This document shows positions 24,463-34,232 of a DNA stretch of 64,000 nt, in pieces. Where the stretch lies: contig JBDGTS010000009.1 of NCBI GenBank assembly GCA_042216675.1, positions 1-64,000 of the forward strand. The letters are read 5' to 3'. The stretch is from Halobacteriaceae archaeon (lineage in GTDB: Archaea > Halobacteriota > Halobacteria > Halobacteriales > Halobacteriaceae). Below the pieces are notes generated by a model. It did not search any database and had not been told where the DNA came from. It worked only from the letters and a program-made list of their open reading frames with translations. Each line of letters begins with the position of its first letter. Positions within the stretch are counted from its first letter, which is position 1. The position numbers and the translations under genes are program-made.

Positions 24463-25551
24463 TCAGACCACGGTCGCGTTCGCTCGGGCCGTCGTCCCGT
24501 TCGCGGGGCTCGTGGTCCCAGTTTCGTTCGCGGACGCCGACGCGCCTTGCTGGCCGCGCTCGCGCCCCGCAGTCGCGGTCACCGTCGATTCGGACGTACC
24601 GTCGCTCGCTCCGCCGGTCGGCGTGCCCGCGGTGGCCCCATCCTGCGAGGGGTCGTCAGACCGAGACGCGCCACCGGCGTCCGGCGCGGGCGCCTTCGCG
24701 GGAGCACCGTCGCCCCCGGGGGACGCGCCGTTCGCCGCGGGCGCGTCACCGGCCCCGTTCGCGTTTCCCGCTGGGGTCGTCGTCCCGGTCTCGGTGCGGT
24801 TCGCGGCCGGACCGGTCTCACTGGCACCCGGCGCCCCGTCGGCCCCGGTCGTCACGTTCGCGCGCCTGCCCGCCGTGCGGTCATTCGCGTTTCCCGACTG
24901 ACCGGGTCGCGCCGTCTCGTTCCCCTTCGGCGGGCCGGCCGTCCCCGCGCCCGGCGTGCCGTTCGGCCCGACGCCGGCCGGCGGGCCGCCGTTGGTCAGG
25001 TTCCGCGCCGCCGCGGCCACCGCGGGACCGCTCAGGTTGGCGGCGTTCTGCCGGAGTTCGGTCAGGGCGGAGACGTTCACGCCCTTGGCTTCGAGGGCCT
25101 CGGCGGGCAGGTCACGCGCCGCGTCGCTCGTCTGATTCGCCATCTGAGTCAGGCTTCGAATCTGGGCGCCCAGACGGGCGAGGCGGGCCTGATACTCGCC
25201 GCGCGAGAGCGACCCGTTCTCGTAGCGGGCCGTCAGCGACGCCTTGCGCTCTCTGAGTTCCGTGAGACGGTCGCTCAGGGACCCGTGGGTGGACGCCACG
25301 ACGGCGGCCTTCGCCGCCGGACTACTGGCGTTCGAGAGTGCGACGCTGAAGGACCGCTCCTGAAGGTTGCCCTCGATTTCGGCGCCCTCACTCCCGACGA
25401 CGCCGGCGAGTTGGGCGCCGGGGCTCGGGGTGTCGGCGTCTGTCGTCTGTGCGAACCCGTTGCCGACCCCAGCCGCGACCGCGAGCGGCGATGCCACGAC
25501 GGCGGCGACGACGGCAGCGACCACGATCAGCACGGGGACGGTTCGGCTCAT
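24463..25551 (-). CDS. Secreted protein with a helical/coiled-coil core and a long Ala/Gly/Thr/Pro-rich tail
   Basis: Signal peptide MSRTVPVLIVVAAVVAAVV, PGAQLAGVV, LTELRERK helices, many N-x-S/T sequons, low-complexity C-terminus. Confidence 0.75.
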   Translation of the reverse strand: MSRTVPVLIVVAAVVAAVVASPLAVAAGVGNGFAQTTDADTPSPGAQLAGVVGSEGAEIEGNLQERSFSVALSNASSPAAKAAVVASTHGSLSDRLTELRERKASLTARYENGSLSRGEYQARLARLGAQIRSLTQMANQTSDAARDLPAEALEAKGVNVSALTELRQNAANLSGPAVAAAARNLTNGGPPAGVGPNGTPGAGTAGPPKGNETARPGQSGNANDRTAGRRANVTTGADGAPGASETGPAANRTETGTTTPAGNANGAGDAPAANGASPGGDGAPAKAPAPDAGGASRSDDPSQDGATAGTPTGGASDGTSESTVTATAGRERGQQGASASANETGTTSPANGTTARANATVV

Positions 25552-25607
25552 CTGTATCCCTCATTACTGTCCCCACGGACATATAGGGGGGGCATCGTCT
25601 GGACGCA

Positions 25608-25637
25608 TTTGCCGGAATTTAGCCGGATTAAACCCGG
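25608..25637. promoter_or_regulatory. Three CCGG cores at 11-bp spacing (candidate activator site)
   Basis: TTTGCCGGAATTTAGCCGGATTAAACCCGG, with CCGG at 25612, 25623 and 25634. Lies upstream of the minus-strand TATA-like CTATAT (25581-25586). Confidence 0.5.
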
Positions 25638-25654
25638 GGACGGCGGCGCCTCAG

Positions 25655-26764
25655 TCACGATTCGTCACCTCCATCCTCCTCGGGGAGTTTGATGACGTTC
25701 TCGCGCCCGAGGCGGAACTTCTCTATCTGACCCGCCTCGTGCATCTCGCTGACGACCTGACTCGTCTTCGCGGCGGTCCAGTCGAACTCCGAGACGATTT
25801 CCTGTTGCTTGACGCGGCCGCCCCGGTTTTCGAGGAGACGCAGGACGCGCTCCTCGTTGCTGAGGAGTTCCGCGGGCGGTTCCTCGGTCTCGGTTTCCGC
25901 CTCGGCTTCGGCTTCGGCTTCGCCCCCTGCGGTCGGGGCCGTCTCGGACTCGCCCGGCGTCGCTGGTTCGGTTTCGGCCGGCGTGTCTTCGGCTTCCGCC
26001 TCACGTCGCCGGAGGTAGACGAACGCGCCCGCCGCGGCGCCGACGCCGACGAGGACGATGCCGGCCGTGAGCGCCCACGGCGGCCCGCCACCGCCCTTGG
26101 TGACGACGACACGAGGTCCACTCGCCCCGAAGGTCGTCTCGGCGCCCGACCACGACACTGAGTTCTCCGACTCGTCGGCCGGTGGCTGAACGGACCGCAG
26201 GTCGTAGGGCGCGGGCCACGAGAAGCGGAGCGTCGTCCCGCTTTCGAGGAAGAAGCCCGCGAGGGCGTCGCCAGCGACGATTCGGTCGCGACTCTCGGCG
26301 GCGAAACCGGCCCACGTGAACTCGTAGGTGACGTAGCCCAAGTCCTGAATCCGGTCGTGGCTCGTGCTGACGCTGTAGTTCCGGGCAGTCATCTCTCTCC
26401 CGGTGGCGTTCGACGCGTCCGCCACGGTGGCGTCGATACCGGCGGCGAACTCGTCGACGTACGACGACGTGTTCGTCCGGATGTCGTCCTGTAATTCCCG
26501 GAACGCCGCCGTGTCGTTCTCGGTCACGAGTTCGAGTTTGTAGGTGATGGTCCACCGTGCGGACCCGTTCTCGCGGAGATGGACGTGAATGAGCGTCTCG
26601 CTCGGCTCGAAGTTCATCTGGTCGAGTCCCGGTGGCCCCGCGGCCGCCGGTCCGTCCGGCCCCGCCGCGTTCGCCGCGGCGCCGCCGGCCGGCACGGCCC
26701 CGACGAGAATCGCGAGGCTAGCGGCGACGAGAACTGCACAGACCCGACCGTTCACGGCTCCCAT
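25655..26764 (-). CDS. Membrane-anchored wHTH regulator (signal peptide, extracellular domain, TM, acidic linker, wHTH)
   Basis: N-terminal signal, beta-rich domain, TM ending LRRR, C-terminal LLSNEERVLRLL..GGRVKQQEIV..WTAAKTS..GRENVI. Confidence 0.8.
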   Translation of the reverse strand: MGAVNGRVCAVLVAASLAILVGAVPAGGAAANAAGPDGPAAAGPPGLDQMNFEPSETLIHVHLRENGSARWTITYKLELVTENDTAAFRELQDDIRTNTSSYVDEFAAGIDATVADASNATGREMTARNYSVSTSHDRIQDLGYVTYEFTWAGFAAESRDRIVAGDALAGFFLESGTTLRFSWPAPYDLRSVQPPADESENSVSWSGAETTFGASGPRVVVTKGGGGPPWALTAGIVLVGVGAAAGAFVYLRRREAEAEDTPAETEPATPGESETAPTAGGEAEAEAEAETETEEPPAELLSNEERVLRLLENRGGRVKQQEIVSEFDWTAAKTSQVVSEMHEAGQIEKFRLGRENVIKLPEEDGGDES

Positions 26765-26834
26765 GTCCCGCGAAAAGTCACGACCCCGTGAAAGCGTTTT
26801 GGCCTCGTCCGTTGCCTGTCACGCGGCCGCCGAA

Positions 26835-27623
26835 TCAGTCCCAGTCGTCGCCCTCGACGGGGGACTCGGGGAGCAAGTCGTCGAACGGTTGTGCCTCGAG
26901 CCATTCGACGAGCGCCACCAACTGGTCGGTGGCCGCCTCGAACAGTTGCGCGCCGCGTTCGGGCGTCGCGTCAGTCTGGTCGCCGAAGACGCCGTTGGGG
27001 GAGTTGTCGACGGCGTCGTAGAAGGTGCGAGCGCCGTGAACCCGACCCATGTCGGCCGATACCGTCGCCGTCCCGCCGTCGCGGGCGGCGTCGAGGCGGT
27101 CGGTGTGGACCAACTCCGGCGCGATGTGCTGAATCATCGCCGTCTCCTTCGGGCCCCCGTGAGGACCGTTCCGCTCGAACAGCTCCGCCACGAGGTCCGG
27201 AATGCTCTCGTCCCACATCCATTCGACGGCGTAGGCCGCCTCGTCGTGGTGGAGGCGGCGCCCCACTTCGCGGAGATGCTGGACGTTGCCGCCGTGAGCG
27301 TTGACGAACACCATCCGGTCGACGCCGTGGTACGTGAGGTTGCGGGCGATACTCTCGACGTAGTCCCGAAACGGGCCGGGGTCGGCCCACAGCGTCCCCG
27401 GGAACTGCCGGTGGTGACTGCTGACGCCGATGCGGATGCCCGGCGTGAGAAGCGCGTCGGTGCGGTCGGCCACCGCGTCGGCCAGCGCTTCGGCGATGAG
27501 GTGGTCCGTGCCCTCCGGCAGGTGGGGGCCGTGTTGCTCGGTGGAGCCAACCGGCACCAGCGCGAGACTCGTCTCGTCGAGGTGGTCCCCCAACTCCGGC
27601 CACGCTTCGTCGGCGACGTGCAT
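26835..27623 (-). CDS. Creatininase-family amidohydrolase (possibly ArfB-like)
   Basis: PVGSTEQHGPHLPEGTD, HHRQFPGT, NAHGGN, HGGPKET. Confidence 0.88.
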   Translation of the reverse strand: MHVADEAWPELGDHLDETSLALVPVGSTEQHGPHLPEGTDHLIAEALADAVADRTDALLTPGIRIGVSSHHRQFPGTLWADPGPFRDYVESIARNLTYHGVDRMVFVNAHGGNVQHLREVGRRLHHDEAAYAVEWMWDESIPDLVAELFERNGPHGGPKETAMIQHIAPELVHTDRLDAARDGGTATVSADMGRVHGARTFYDAVDNSPNGVFGDQTDATPERGAQLFEAATDQLVALVEWLEAQPFDDLLPESPVEGDDWD

Positions 27624-27705
27624 GCCCGGACTGTGGCCCCGACGCACGTCAATCCCTCGTCCCGAAGCGAAACCGTTTTTCCCGGCTTCGTCGGATGGCG
27701 AGCCA

Positions 27706-28953
27706 GTGACTCCGCAACGACGACGCCTGTGGGCGCTCTACCTTGCCCGCTTCGCGAACTCGCTGGGCCTCGCGGCCATCTTGACCTTGCTGGGACAACT
27801 CATCGGCTTCTACGGCGCGGAGGGGGTGATGGTGGGACTGTTCGTCACGGGCCTCACCGCGACGCAGGCCATCGCCGTCGTGCCGTTGGCGTGGCTCGGG
27901 GACCGCTTCGACAAGCGGGCGGTCCTGCTGGGCGGCCTCGGCCTCGGCGCCGCCGCGTACCTCGTCTTCGGGAGCGTCACGACGAGCGGTGGCTTCGTCG
28001 TCGGGCGCGCGGTGCAGGGCATCGCGGTGACGGCGACGGGACTGATGACGCTCGCCCTCGTCGGCGAACTGTCGGCGGCGGACGACCGGGCGAACAACAT
28101 CGGCCGCCTCAACTCCGTGCGGTTCGCGGGCGCCATCGTCGGGAGCGCGTTCGGCGGCGTCGTCTTCCCGCTGTACGGTCCCGAGGGCGTCTTCGTCCCC
28201 CTCGCCGTGCTGATGGGGCTCTCGCTCGCGGCCACGTGGCGATACACCGAACCCGACACGACGACCGTGGAGGGCTTCGCGTTCTTCGACCTTGCCCTGA
28301 GCGACCGCATCCTCTCCATCACGGGGTTCCGCGCGCAGTACGCCGTCGCCGTGACGCTCGTGCGCAACTGGGTCCCCATCTTCGCCGGCGCCTCGGCGGC
28401 GCGGGGCGGCCTCGCCTACGCCGGCATCGCGCTGACGCTCGTCGTCACGGCCGAGAAGTTCACGAACATGCTGTGTCAGCCCTACACGGGCCGGCTCTCG
28501 GACCGCTTCGGGCGCGCACCGTTCGTTCTCGTCGGCGGCGCCTGCTACGGCCTCGTCGCCCTTGCGGTGCCGTTCGCGCCCGCCATCGGCGAGTCGCTGG
28601 GGCTCCCCGAATCGTACGGCATCTTGGGCCCGCTCTCGGCGGCGTTCCTGCCGCTCGTGGCGCTCAACGGCCTGCTCGGGGTCGCGGACAGCCTCCGCGA
28701 ACCCGCGAGCATGGCGCTGTTCGCCGACGAGGGCTCAGACGGCGACGGCATCGCGAGCAGTTTCGGCGTCCGGTCGCTCGTCTGGCGGCCCGGGAGCGTC
28801 CTCGCGCCGATGGCCGGCGGCTACCTGATGGCCACCTACGGCACCGCGTCGGTGTTCTACGCCGGCGCGCTCGCGGCCTTCAGCGGCGTCCTCACGATGG
28901 CCGCCGCGCTCCTGTACGTCGAGGGACCGAGCGCGCTCCGGGGCTACACGTAG
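27706..28953 (+). CDS. MFS transporter
   Basis: About 12 TM segments, LGDRFDKR and GRLSDRFGR motif A. GTG start at 27706. Confidence 0.88.
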   Translation: MTPQRRRLWALYLARFANSLGLAAILTLLGQLIGFYGAEGVMVGLFVTGLTATQAIAVVPLAWLGDRFDKRAVLLGGLGLGAAAYLVFGSVTTSGGFVVGRAVQGIAVTATGLMTLALVGELSAADDRANNIGRLNSVRFAGAIVGSAFGGVVFPLYGPEGVFVPLAVLMGLSLAATWRYTEPDTTTVEGFAFFDLALSDRILSITGFRAQYAVAVTLVRNWVPIFAGASAARGGLAYAGIALTLVVTAEKFTNMLCQPYTGRLSDRFGRAPFVLVGGACYGLVALAVPFAPAIGESLGLPESYGILGPLSAAFLPLVALNGLLGVADSLREPASMALFADEGSDGDGIASSFGVRSLVWRPGSVLAPMAGGYLMATYGTASVFYAGALAAFSGVLTMAAALLYVEGPSALRGYT

Positions 28954-29552
28954 TCGCCGAGCAAGTCGTCGGGCACGACGCCGAGCAGACGGGCCGGAAG
29001 CCGCGCCACCAGCCACTCCCCGACGGCCACGAGGCGCCGCCGGACGAGGGCGTAGCCGACGGAGAGCGCCACCAGCGCCGCGAGAATCGGCACCCGGTCG
29101 GGGAAGACGAACGCCGCGGGCACCGCGAGGCCGACTGCCAGCGCCGCGTCCTCGGGCGCGCCGTCGTAGCGCACCCAGCGCCGCGCCCGGAGCCAGCGCC
29201 CGTGGTAGTGGCTGAAGACGGCCTTCTCCGTGGTGGCCTCCCACGGCCGGTGTTCGAGGCTCCCGCCGAGCGCGTCCATCAGGCCGTGACACGCGACTGC
29301 GAGGGTGAACACGGCGACGCCGACTGTGACCGGCCCGGGCGCGAACAGGGCCACGGGCGCCACGAGAGCGGCCGCGAGCGTCGAATAGACCGGAAAGTGT
29401 AGCGTCCGGCGATGGTCCCGCGGCAGATCCAAGTCGGGCGCCGCGCCGCCCAGCGCACCCGCGGCGAACGCGACGGCGGCGAACTCGGGGACGACGACGG
29501 CCACGGCTCCACCGAGGAGAATCCCCGCCAGCGCGTGGGTCGTCGCCATCAT
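28944..29552 (-). CDS. Membrane-bound metal-dependent hydrolase (YdjM-like)
   Basis: MMATTH, APDLD..HRRTLH, HGLMD. Confidence 0.78.
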   Translation of the reverse strand: MMATTHALAGILLGGAVAVVVPEFAAVAFAAGALGGAAPDLDLPRDHRRTLHFPVYSTLAAALVAPVALFAPGPVTVGVAVFTLAVACHGLMDALGGSLEHRPWEATTEKAVFSHYHGRWLRARRWVRYDGAPEDAALAVGLAVPAAFVFPDRVPILAALVALSVGYALVRRRLVAVGEWLVARLPARLLGVVPDDLLGDYV

Positions 29553-29633
29553 CGTCCGCAGTTGGCGCGCCGCGCCTAAACGTGTGTCGCGGGCGACAAC
29601 GGTCTTAGGGCCGGCGCCCGTCGGGTCGGCCGG

Positions 29634-30257
29634 ATGCTCCGGGTCTCGACCGTCGACGCGCGGGCCGTCACCCGCCCCCTGCAGGCGCTGGTGGTGGTCG
29701 TCGGTGCCGTCGGCCTCGCCTCGGGCCGGGTGGACGTGGTCGTCAACGCCGGTCTCGGCTTCGCGGTGACGATGGTCCCGGCGGCGCTCAGACGGGACTT
29801 CGGCGTGCCGGTCCATCCGCTCCACGCACTCTGGATCGCGGGCGCCGTCGCACTCCACGCCGTCGGCGTCCTCGGCCCCTACCGGTCGCTCTGGTGGCAC
29901 GCGCTCACGCACGCCGTCTCCGCCAGCCTCGTCGCCGGAGCGGCGTACGTCTCCGTCTCTGCGGTGGACCGACACGTTCCGAACGTGTCGTTCCCGCCCG
30001 CGTTCCTCGTCGCGGTGACCCTGCTGGCGACGATGGCCGCGGGCGTCCTCTGGGAAGTCCTCGAATTTCTCGCCGCCTTCCTCGGCGAGGCGGTGACGGG
30101 CCGCGCGCTCCTGACACGGTACGGCCTCGAGGACACGATGGTGGACCTGCTCTTCGACGCGGCGGGAGGCGTCGTGGTGGCGGCGGCCAGGACCCCCCGG
30201 CTCCGCCTCCTCGCCGCGACGGTGGCGGCCCGGATCCAGCGGATGCGGGAGTCGTAG
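29634..30257 (+). CDS. Membrane protein (DUF2238-like putative metal-binding)
   Basis: Hydrophobic helices, LHAVG, HALTH, WEVLEF, DTMVDL. Confidence 0.65.
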   Translation: MLRVSTVDARAVTRPLQALVVVVGAVGLASGRVDVVVNAGLGFAVTMVPAALRRDFGVPVHPLHALWIAGAVALHAVGVLGPYRSLWWHALTHAVSASLVAGAAYVSVSAVDRHVPNVSFPPAFLVAVTLLATMAAGVLWEVLEFLAAFLGEAVTGRALLTRYGLEDTMVDLLFDAAGGVVVAAARTPRLRLLAATVAARIQRMRES

Positions 30258-30289
30258 CGTTTTCGGTCACGCAACAGTAACAAGGCCAC

Positions 30290-30619
30290 ATGGGAGTCAG
30301 GCCGCCAGCGAGCGACGACAGCGAAGTCGGGGGCGTCGAGTTCGGCATCGCGGACGTGGAACGACACCTCTCGGGGGCCGACATCTCGTATCCGGCCAGC
30401 GCCACCGACGTCGTCGAGGCGACGGGGGACCCCGAAGTCGGCTACGGCCCGGACGGCCAGTCGGTGCCACTCTCGACGGTCGTCGAGCGCACGGACCGGA
30501 CGGAGTTCTCGTCCCGGCAGGACCTGCTCAACGCCCTCCACCCGGTGATGGAGGACCTCCGCACGTCCCGGGGGTCCGGCGTCCTCGCGTGGGTGCGCTC
30601 GGTTCTGCCCGGCGCCTGA
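30290..30619 (+). CDS. Haloarchaeal DUF5789-like protein
   Basis: MGVRPP, EFGIA, SYPA, LLNALHP. Confidence 0.65.
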   Translation: MGVRPPASDDSEVGGVEFGIADVERHLSGADISYPASATDVVEATGDPEVGYGPDGQSVPLSTVVERTDRTEFSSRQDLLNALHPVMEDLRTSRGSGVLAWVRSVLPGA

Positions 30620-31291
30620 CTACACCGGCCGCCACTCCGCGATGGCCTCCAGAAAGCCGTCGGCGTGGCGGCCGTCGGTCACTACGTCCGCGGCTTCTTT
30701 CGCCGCGTCGTCGGCGTTCGCGACGGCGAAGGAGCGGTCGACCACCTCGAACGTGGACACGTCGTTCGCGGAGTCGCCGACGGCCACGAACTCAGCGGGG
30801 TCGCGGTCGAGGTCGGCCGCGACCTGTTTCAGCGCACTGCCCTTGCTCACCTCGGCGTCCTTGACGTGGTAGGCGAAGCCCGTATCCACCACGTCGAGGC
30901 CCTCCTCCGCGGCGAGTTCTCGGAGTTCGTCGAGCGGTGCCTCCCTGCTGACCGCGAGCTCCGTCTCGCGCCAGCGGTTCACGAGGTCCACGTCGCCCCA
31001 GCCCGGATCGAAGCCGCGTTCGCGGAAAGCCGCGGCGACGGCTTCCGCGGCGGCGGGGTCCCCGAGGTAGTGAAACCCCGCCTCCGTGACGGCGACGCCG
31101 CCCGTCTCCGCGATGGCGCGGGGCGGCAAGCCGGAGAACTGACAGAGTGCAATCGGGTACGGCGTCGCCTTCCCCGTGGCGACGACGACGGGCGCCTCCC
31201 AGTGACCGAGGACGTCGAGGACGCGGGGTTCGATGGAGCGGTCCGGGCGACTCAGCGTGCCGTCGATGTCGAGAACGAGCGGCGGGGCCAT
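30620..31291 (-). CDS. HAD-IIB phosphatase (phosphoglycolate phosphatase-like)
   Basis: LDIDGT, ATGK, SKG, GDSAND. Confidence 0.88.
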   Translation of the reverse strand: MAPPLVLDIDGTLSRPDRSIEPRVLDVLGHWEAPVVVATGKATPYPIALCQFSGLPPRAIAETGGVAVTEAGFHYLGDPAAAEAVAAAFRERGFDPGWGDVDLVNRWRETELAVSREAPLDELRELAAEEGLDVVDTGFAYHVKDAEVSKGSALKQVAADLDRDPAEFVAVGDSANDVSTFEVVDRSFAVANADDAAKEAADVVTDGRHADGFLEAIAEWRPV

Positions 31292-31366
31292 ACGCCCGTC
31301 CACGGCGGCCCGGCCAAAGAGACTCACGCTCGGGGTGCTTTTACTCGTCCGGCCCGAAGCGGGGCC

Positions 31367-31855
31367 GTGTACCGCCTCGGACACTACGGTGTGGCCCTGT
31401 TCGTCTACGCGCCCCTCGCGTTCGCCCTCGTCGCCGTCGGCCGGGTGGACGCTGCCGTCGTCGGCGCCGCGGGCGTCGTGGCGCTGACGCCGCTTCCGGA
31501 CTACGACCAGCGACTGCCCCTCGTCAGCCACCGCGGCGTGACTCACACCGTCGGGTTCGCGCTCCTCGTCGGGGGCCTCCTCGGTGCGGCCGGGTTCTAC
31601 GTCGGCTCCACGCCGGACGAACGTCTCGCGCTGGGCGCGTTCAGCGCGATGGTCGGCCTACTGGCCATCGGTGCGCATCTCCTCGCCGACGTGCTGACGC
31701 CGGCCGGAGTCGAACCGTTCTGGCCGCTCTCGGGCCGGAACTACTCGCTGTACGTCACGCGCGCCGACAACACGCTGGCGAACTACCTCTTGCTCGCACT
31801 CGGCGTCGCCACGTTCACCGTCGCCCTCGTCGGGGGGCAAAACGTCCCCGTCTGA
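31367..31855 (+). CDS. Membrane-bound metal-dependent hydrolase (YdjM-like)
   Basis: GTG start; YRLGHYG, LPDYD, HRGVTHT, HLLADVLTPAG..PFWP. Confidence 0.8.
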   Translation: MYRLGHYGVALFVYAPLAFALVAVGRVDAAVVGAAGVVALTPLPDYDQRLPLVSHRGVTHTVGFALLVGGLLGAAGFYVGSTPDERLALGAFSAMVGLLAIGAHLLADVLTPAGVEPFWPLSGRNYSLYVTRADNTLANYLLLALGVATFTVALVGGQNVPV

Positions 31856-31896
31856 GCGCCGGGACCTTTATTTTCACGCCGGGCGAGCGGTTCGGT

Positions 31897-33256
31897 ATGT
31901 CACCAGACCCCGCCCCGGTGGGCCACGACGCCGTCGACGCGGCGCTCGGCGGCGGCCTTCCGAACGGGCGGGCCACAGTCGTGGCCGGCCCGCCCGGCAC
32001 CTGTAAGCGCCCACTCGCGATGCGGTTTCTCGCCCGTGGCGTCGCCGGCGACGAGGACTGCCTGTACGCCACGGCCGCCGCACCCGCGGACGCGGTGCGC
32101 GAGGCGGCGGCGTCGTTGCGCGTCGAGGCCGACTTCGACGTCGCGTCGCTCCGGCCGGCGGACGTGGAGCGTGAGACGGTGCGCGGCGAGATGGACCTCG
32201 TGCGCGAACTGCGCCAGCGAATCGACGAGGGCGAGCCCCCGGACCGTCTCGTGTTCGACGGACTCGACGCACTCGGCGACGGCCGCCCACGACGGGACGC
32301 GATCCAGAGCCTCGTCGCCGCGGCGCGGGACTACGACGCGACGGCGCTCCTCGTCGCCGACGAGTGGGGGGCCTCACTGGCGGGGGGCGTCCACGGACTG
32401 CTTCGGACGCGCCCCGAGGGCGACGACGGCGCGACGCTCCGGGTCGAACGCCTCTACGGCGCCGCGGTGGACCGACGCCCGGTCGAACTGTGGACCGACG
32501 CGGATGGCCTGCACGCCGGCCCGGGTCGCCGGACCCCGCTCGACGGACTCACACAGACGGCGTACCGCCCCCTGGGCGTCCCGGGCCTCGACGCCCTCTG
32601 TGGCGGCGGCCTCGTCCGCGGCGACGGCGTCCTCCTGCGACACGACGGGCGGGCCGACATCGGGACGTTCGTCGGCGCACTCGTCGCGGGCGCCGTGAGA
32701 GACGGCTACGCGGTCGAACTCGTCCCGACGCTCGACCTGCGCGCGGAGCGACTCGACGCCCTCCTGCGGGCGTACGACACCTCGGTCGGGGACCTACTCG
32801 ACGCGAACCGCCTGTTCGTCCTCGACGTGACCGGCGCGTGGGAGACCGGCCGGCAGAACGTGTTCGCCGGCGGTGACGAACCCGACGAACTCCGGGCGAA
32901 CCTCCGGGGCATCGCCGACCGGACCGACCGCCCGCACCTCCGAATCGTCGACGCCGACGCGATGGTCCACACGCTGGGTCACGACGGCGCGCGCACTGCG
33001 CTACTTTCAGGAGACGAAACTGCTGGAGTCCGAGGACCTGCTGGTCCACGTCCAGAACCCGGCCGTCGTGGCCGACGAGATTGCGGCCGTGTACGAGAGC
33101 GCCGCGACGCAGGTGCTGGCGACGGAACTCACGGACGACGGTCGACAGCACGTCACGCTCCGGAAGTCGCCGCGGGGCCGCGTCGGCGCCACCTCGCTCG
33201 TGAAGTTCACCGACGAGCCACCGTTCGTCGAGGTGGCGTCGCCGCCGGGCGGTTAG
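31897..33256 (+). pseudogene. Tandem-domain KaiC/RAD55-like P-loop protein with an apparent frameshift at about 32987-32994
   Basis: GHDAVDAALGGGLP..GPPGTCK, RLVFDG, second domain LGVPGLDALCGGGL. The acidic C-terminus (LRYFQE...LRKSP...PPFVEV*) continues in another frame after a (GC)4 run. Confidence 0.65.
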
Positions 33257-34155
33257 CCGCGTTCCGCGAGGCGCACGAGGTCCGCGAGCGTGCGGTTGAC
33301 GGGGACGGCCACCCCGTGTCGCTCGCCGCGGGCCACGAGTTCGCCGTTGATGGCCTCGATTTCGGTCCGCTTGCCGGCGCGAAGGTCCGAGCGCATCGAG
33401 GAGACGTTCGTCGCCGTCGCCGCCGCCACCTCGCGGGCCTCGGCGACCACGCCGTCGGGCAGGTCCCGGCCCGCGGCGCGGCCGACGGCCACCGCCTCCG
33501 AGACGGCGGCGTCGAGGAGCCGTTCGCCGGCACACACCTCGGTCATCGCGCCGTTGTCCACGTCCGCGAGCGCCGTCGCCGCGTTGATGCCTGCGTTCAC
33601 CGCCACCTTCCGCCAGAGGGCGTCCCGCACGTCCGCGACGACGCTCGTCTCGATGCCGGCGTCGGTCAGCAGGCCCGCGATTTTCGTAACCCGCTCCCCG
33701 TTCGGCGCGAACGGGCGCCCGATTCGGGTCGGGCCCGTACCGGCGTGGCGCACGCGCCCGGGTCCGAGGAACGTCGCACCGTGGGCTGTCGTCCCGGCGA
33801 CGACGTTCGATTCGGGGACGTATTCGGCGATGGTTTCGCCGTTTCCGAGGCCGTTCTGGAGCGTCACCACGTCCGTCTCGTCGTCGTACACCGGGTCGGC
33901 GTCCGCCATCGCGTCCGCGGTGTCGTGGGCCTTCACCGCGACGACGAGGACGGCCACGCGCCGCGCCGTCTCCGGGTCCGTGGTCGCATCGACGGGCACC
34001 GTAATCGGGTCGTGGCCCTCGACGTGGACGCCCTCGCGGGCCGTCCGCGCCCTGTCGGGGGCCGCGTCGAACAGCGTCACGTCCGTTCCGGCCGCCGCGA
34101 GACGGGCCGCGAGCAGGGTCCCCATCGCGCCGCCACCGACGACGCCGACGTGCAT
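33253..34155 (-). CDS. panE: 2-dehydropantoate 2-reductase
   Basis: VVGGGAMG, VAVKA, LQNGLG, WRKVAVNAGIN, SSMRSD, TEIEAING. Confidence 0.92.
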   Translation of the reverse strand: MHVGVVGGGAMGTLLAARLAAAGTDVTLFDAAPDRARTAREGVHVEGHDPITVPVDATTDPETARRVAVLVVAVKAHDTADAMADADPVYDDETDVVTLQNGLGNGETIAEYVPESNVVAGTTAHGATFLGPGRVRHAGTGPTRIGRPFAPNGERVTKIAGLLTDAGIETSVVADVRDALWRKVAVNAGINAATALADVDNGAMTEVCAGERLLDAAVSEAVAVGRAAGRDLPDGVVAEAREVAAATATNVSSMRSDLRAGKRTEIEAINGELVARGERHGVAVPVNRTLADLVRLAERG

Positions 34156-34232
34156 GGGCGACGCGTCGGCCCCGGCGAGTGAAAGAGTTGTGACCGTCAA
34201 CGATTTTTAGTGGCGGTCCTGTAGAGTGTGCT

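Noticed and set aside
24463-25000. Possible tandem repeat or mobile element in the GC-rich stretch
   Set aside because: It is the low-complexity Ala/Gly/Thr/Pro tail of the secreted protein, with no discrete repeat unit or terminal inverted repeats.
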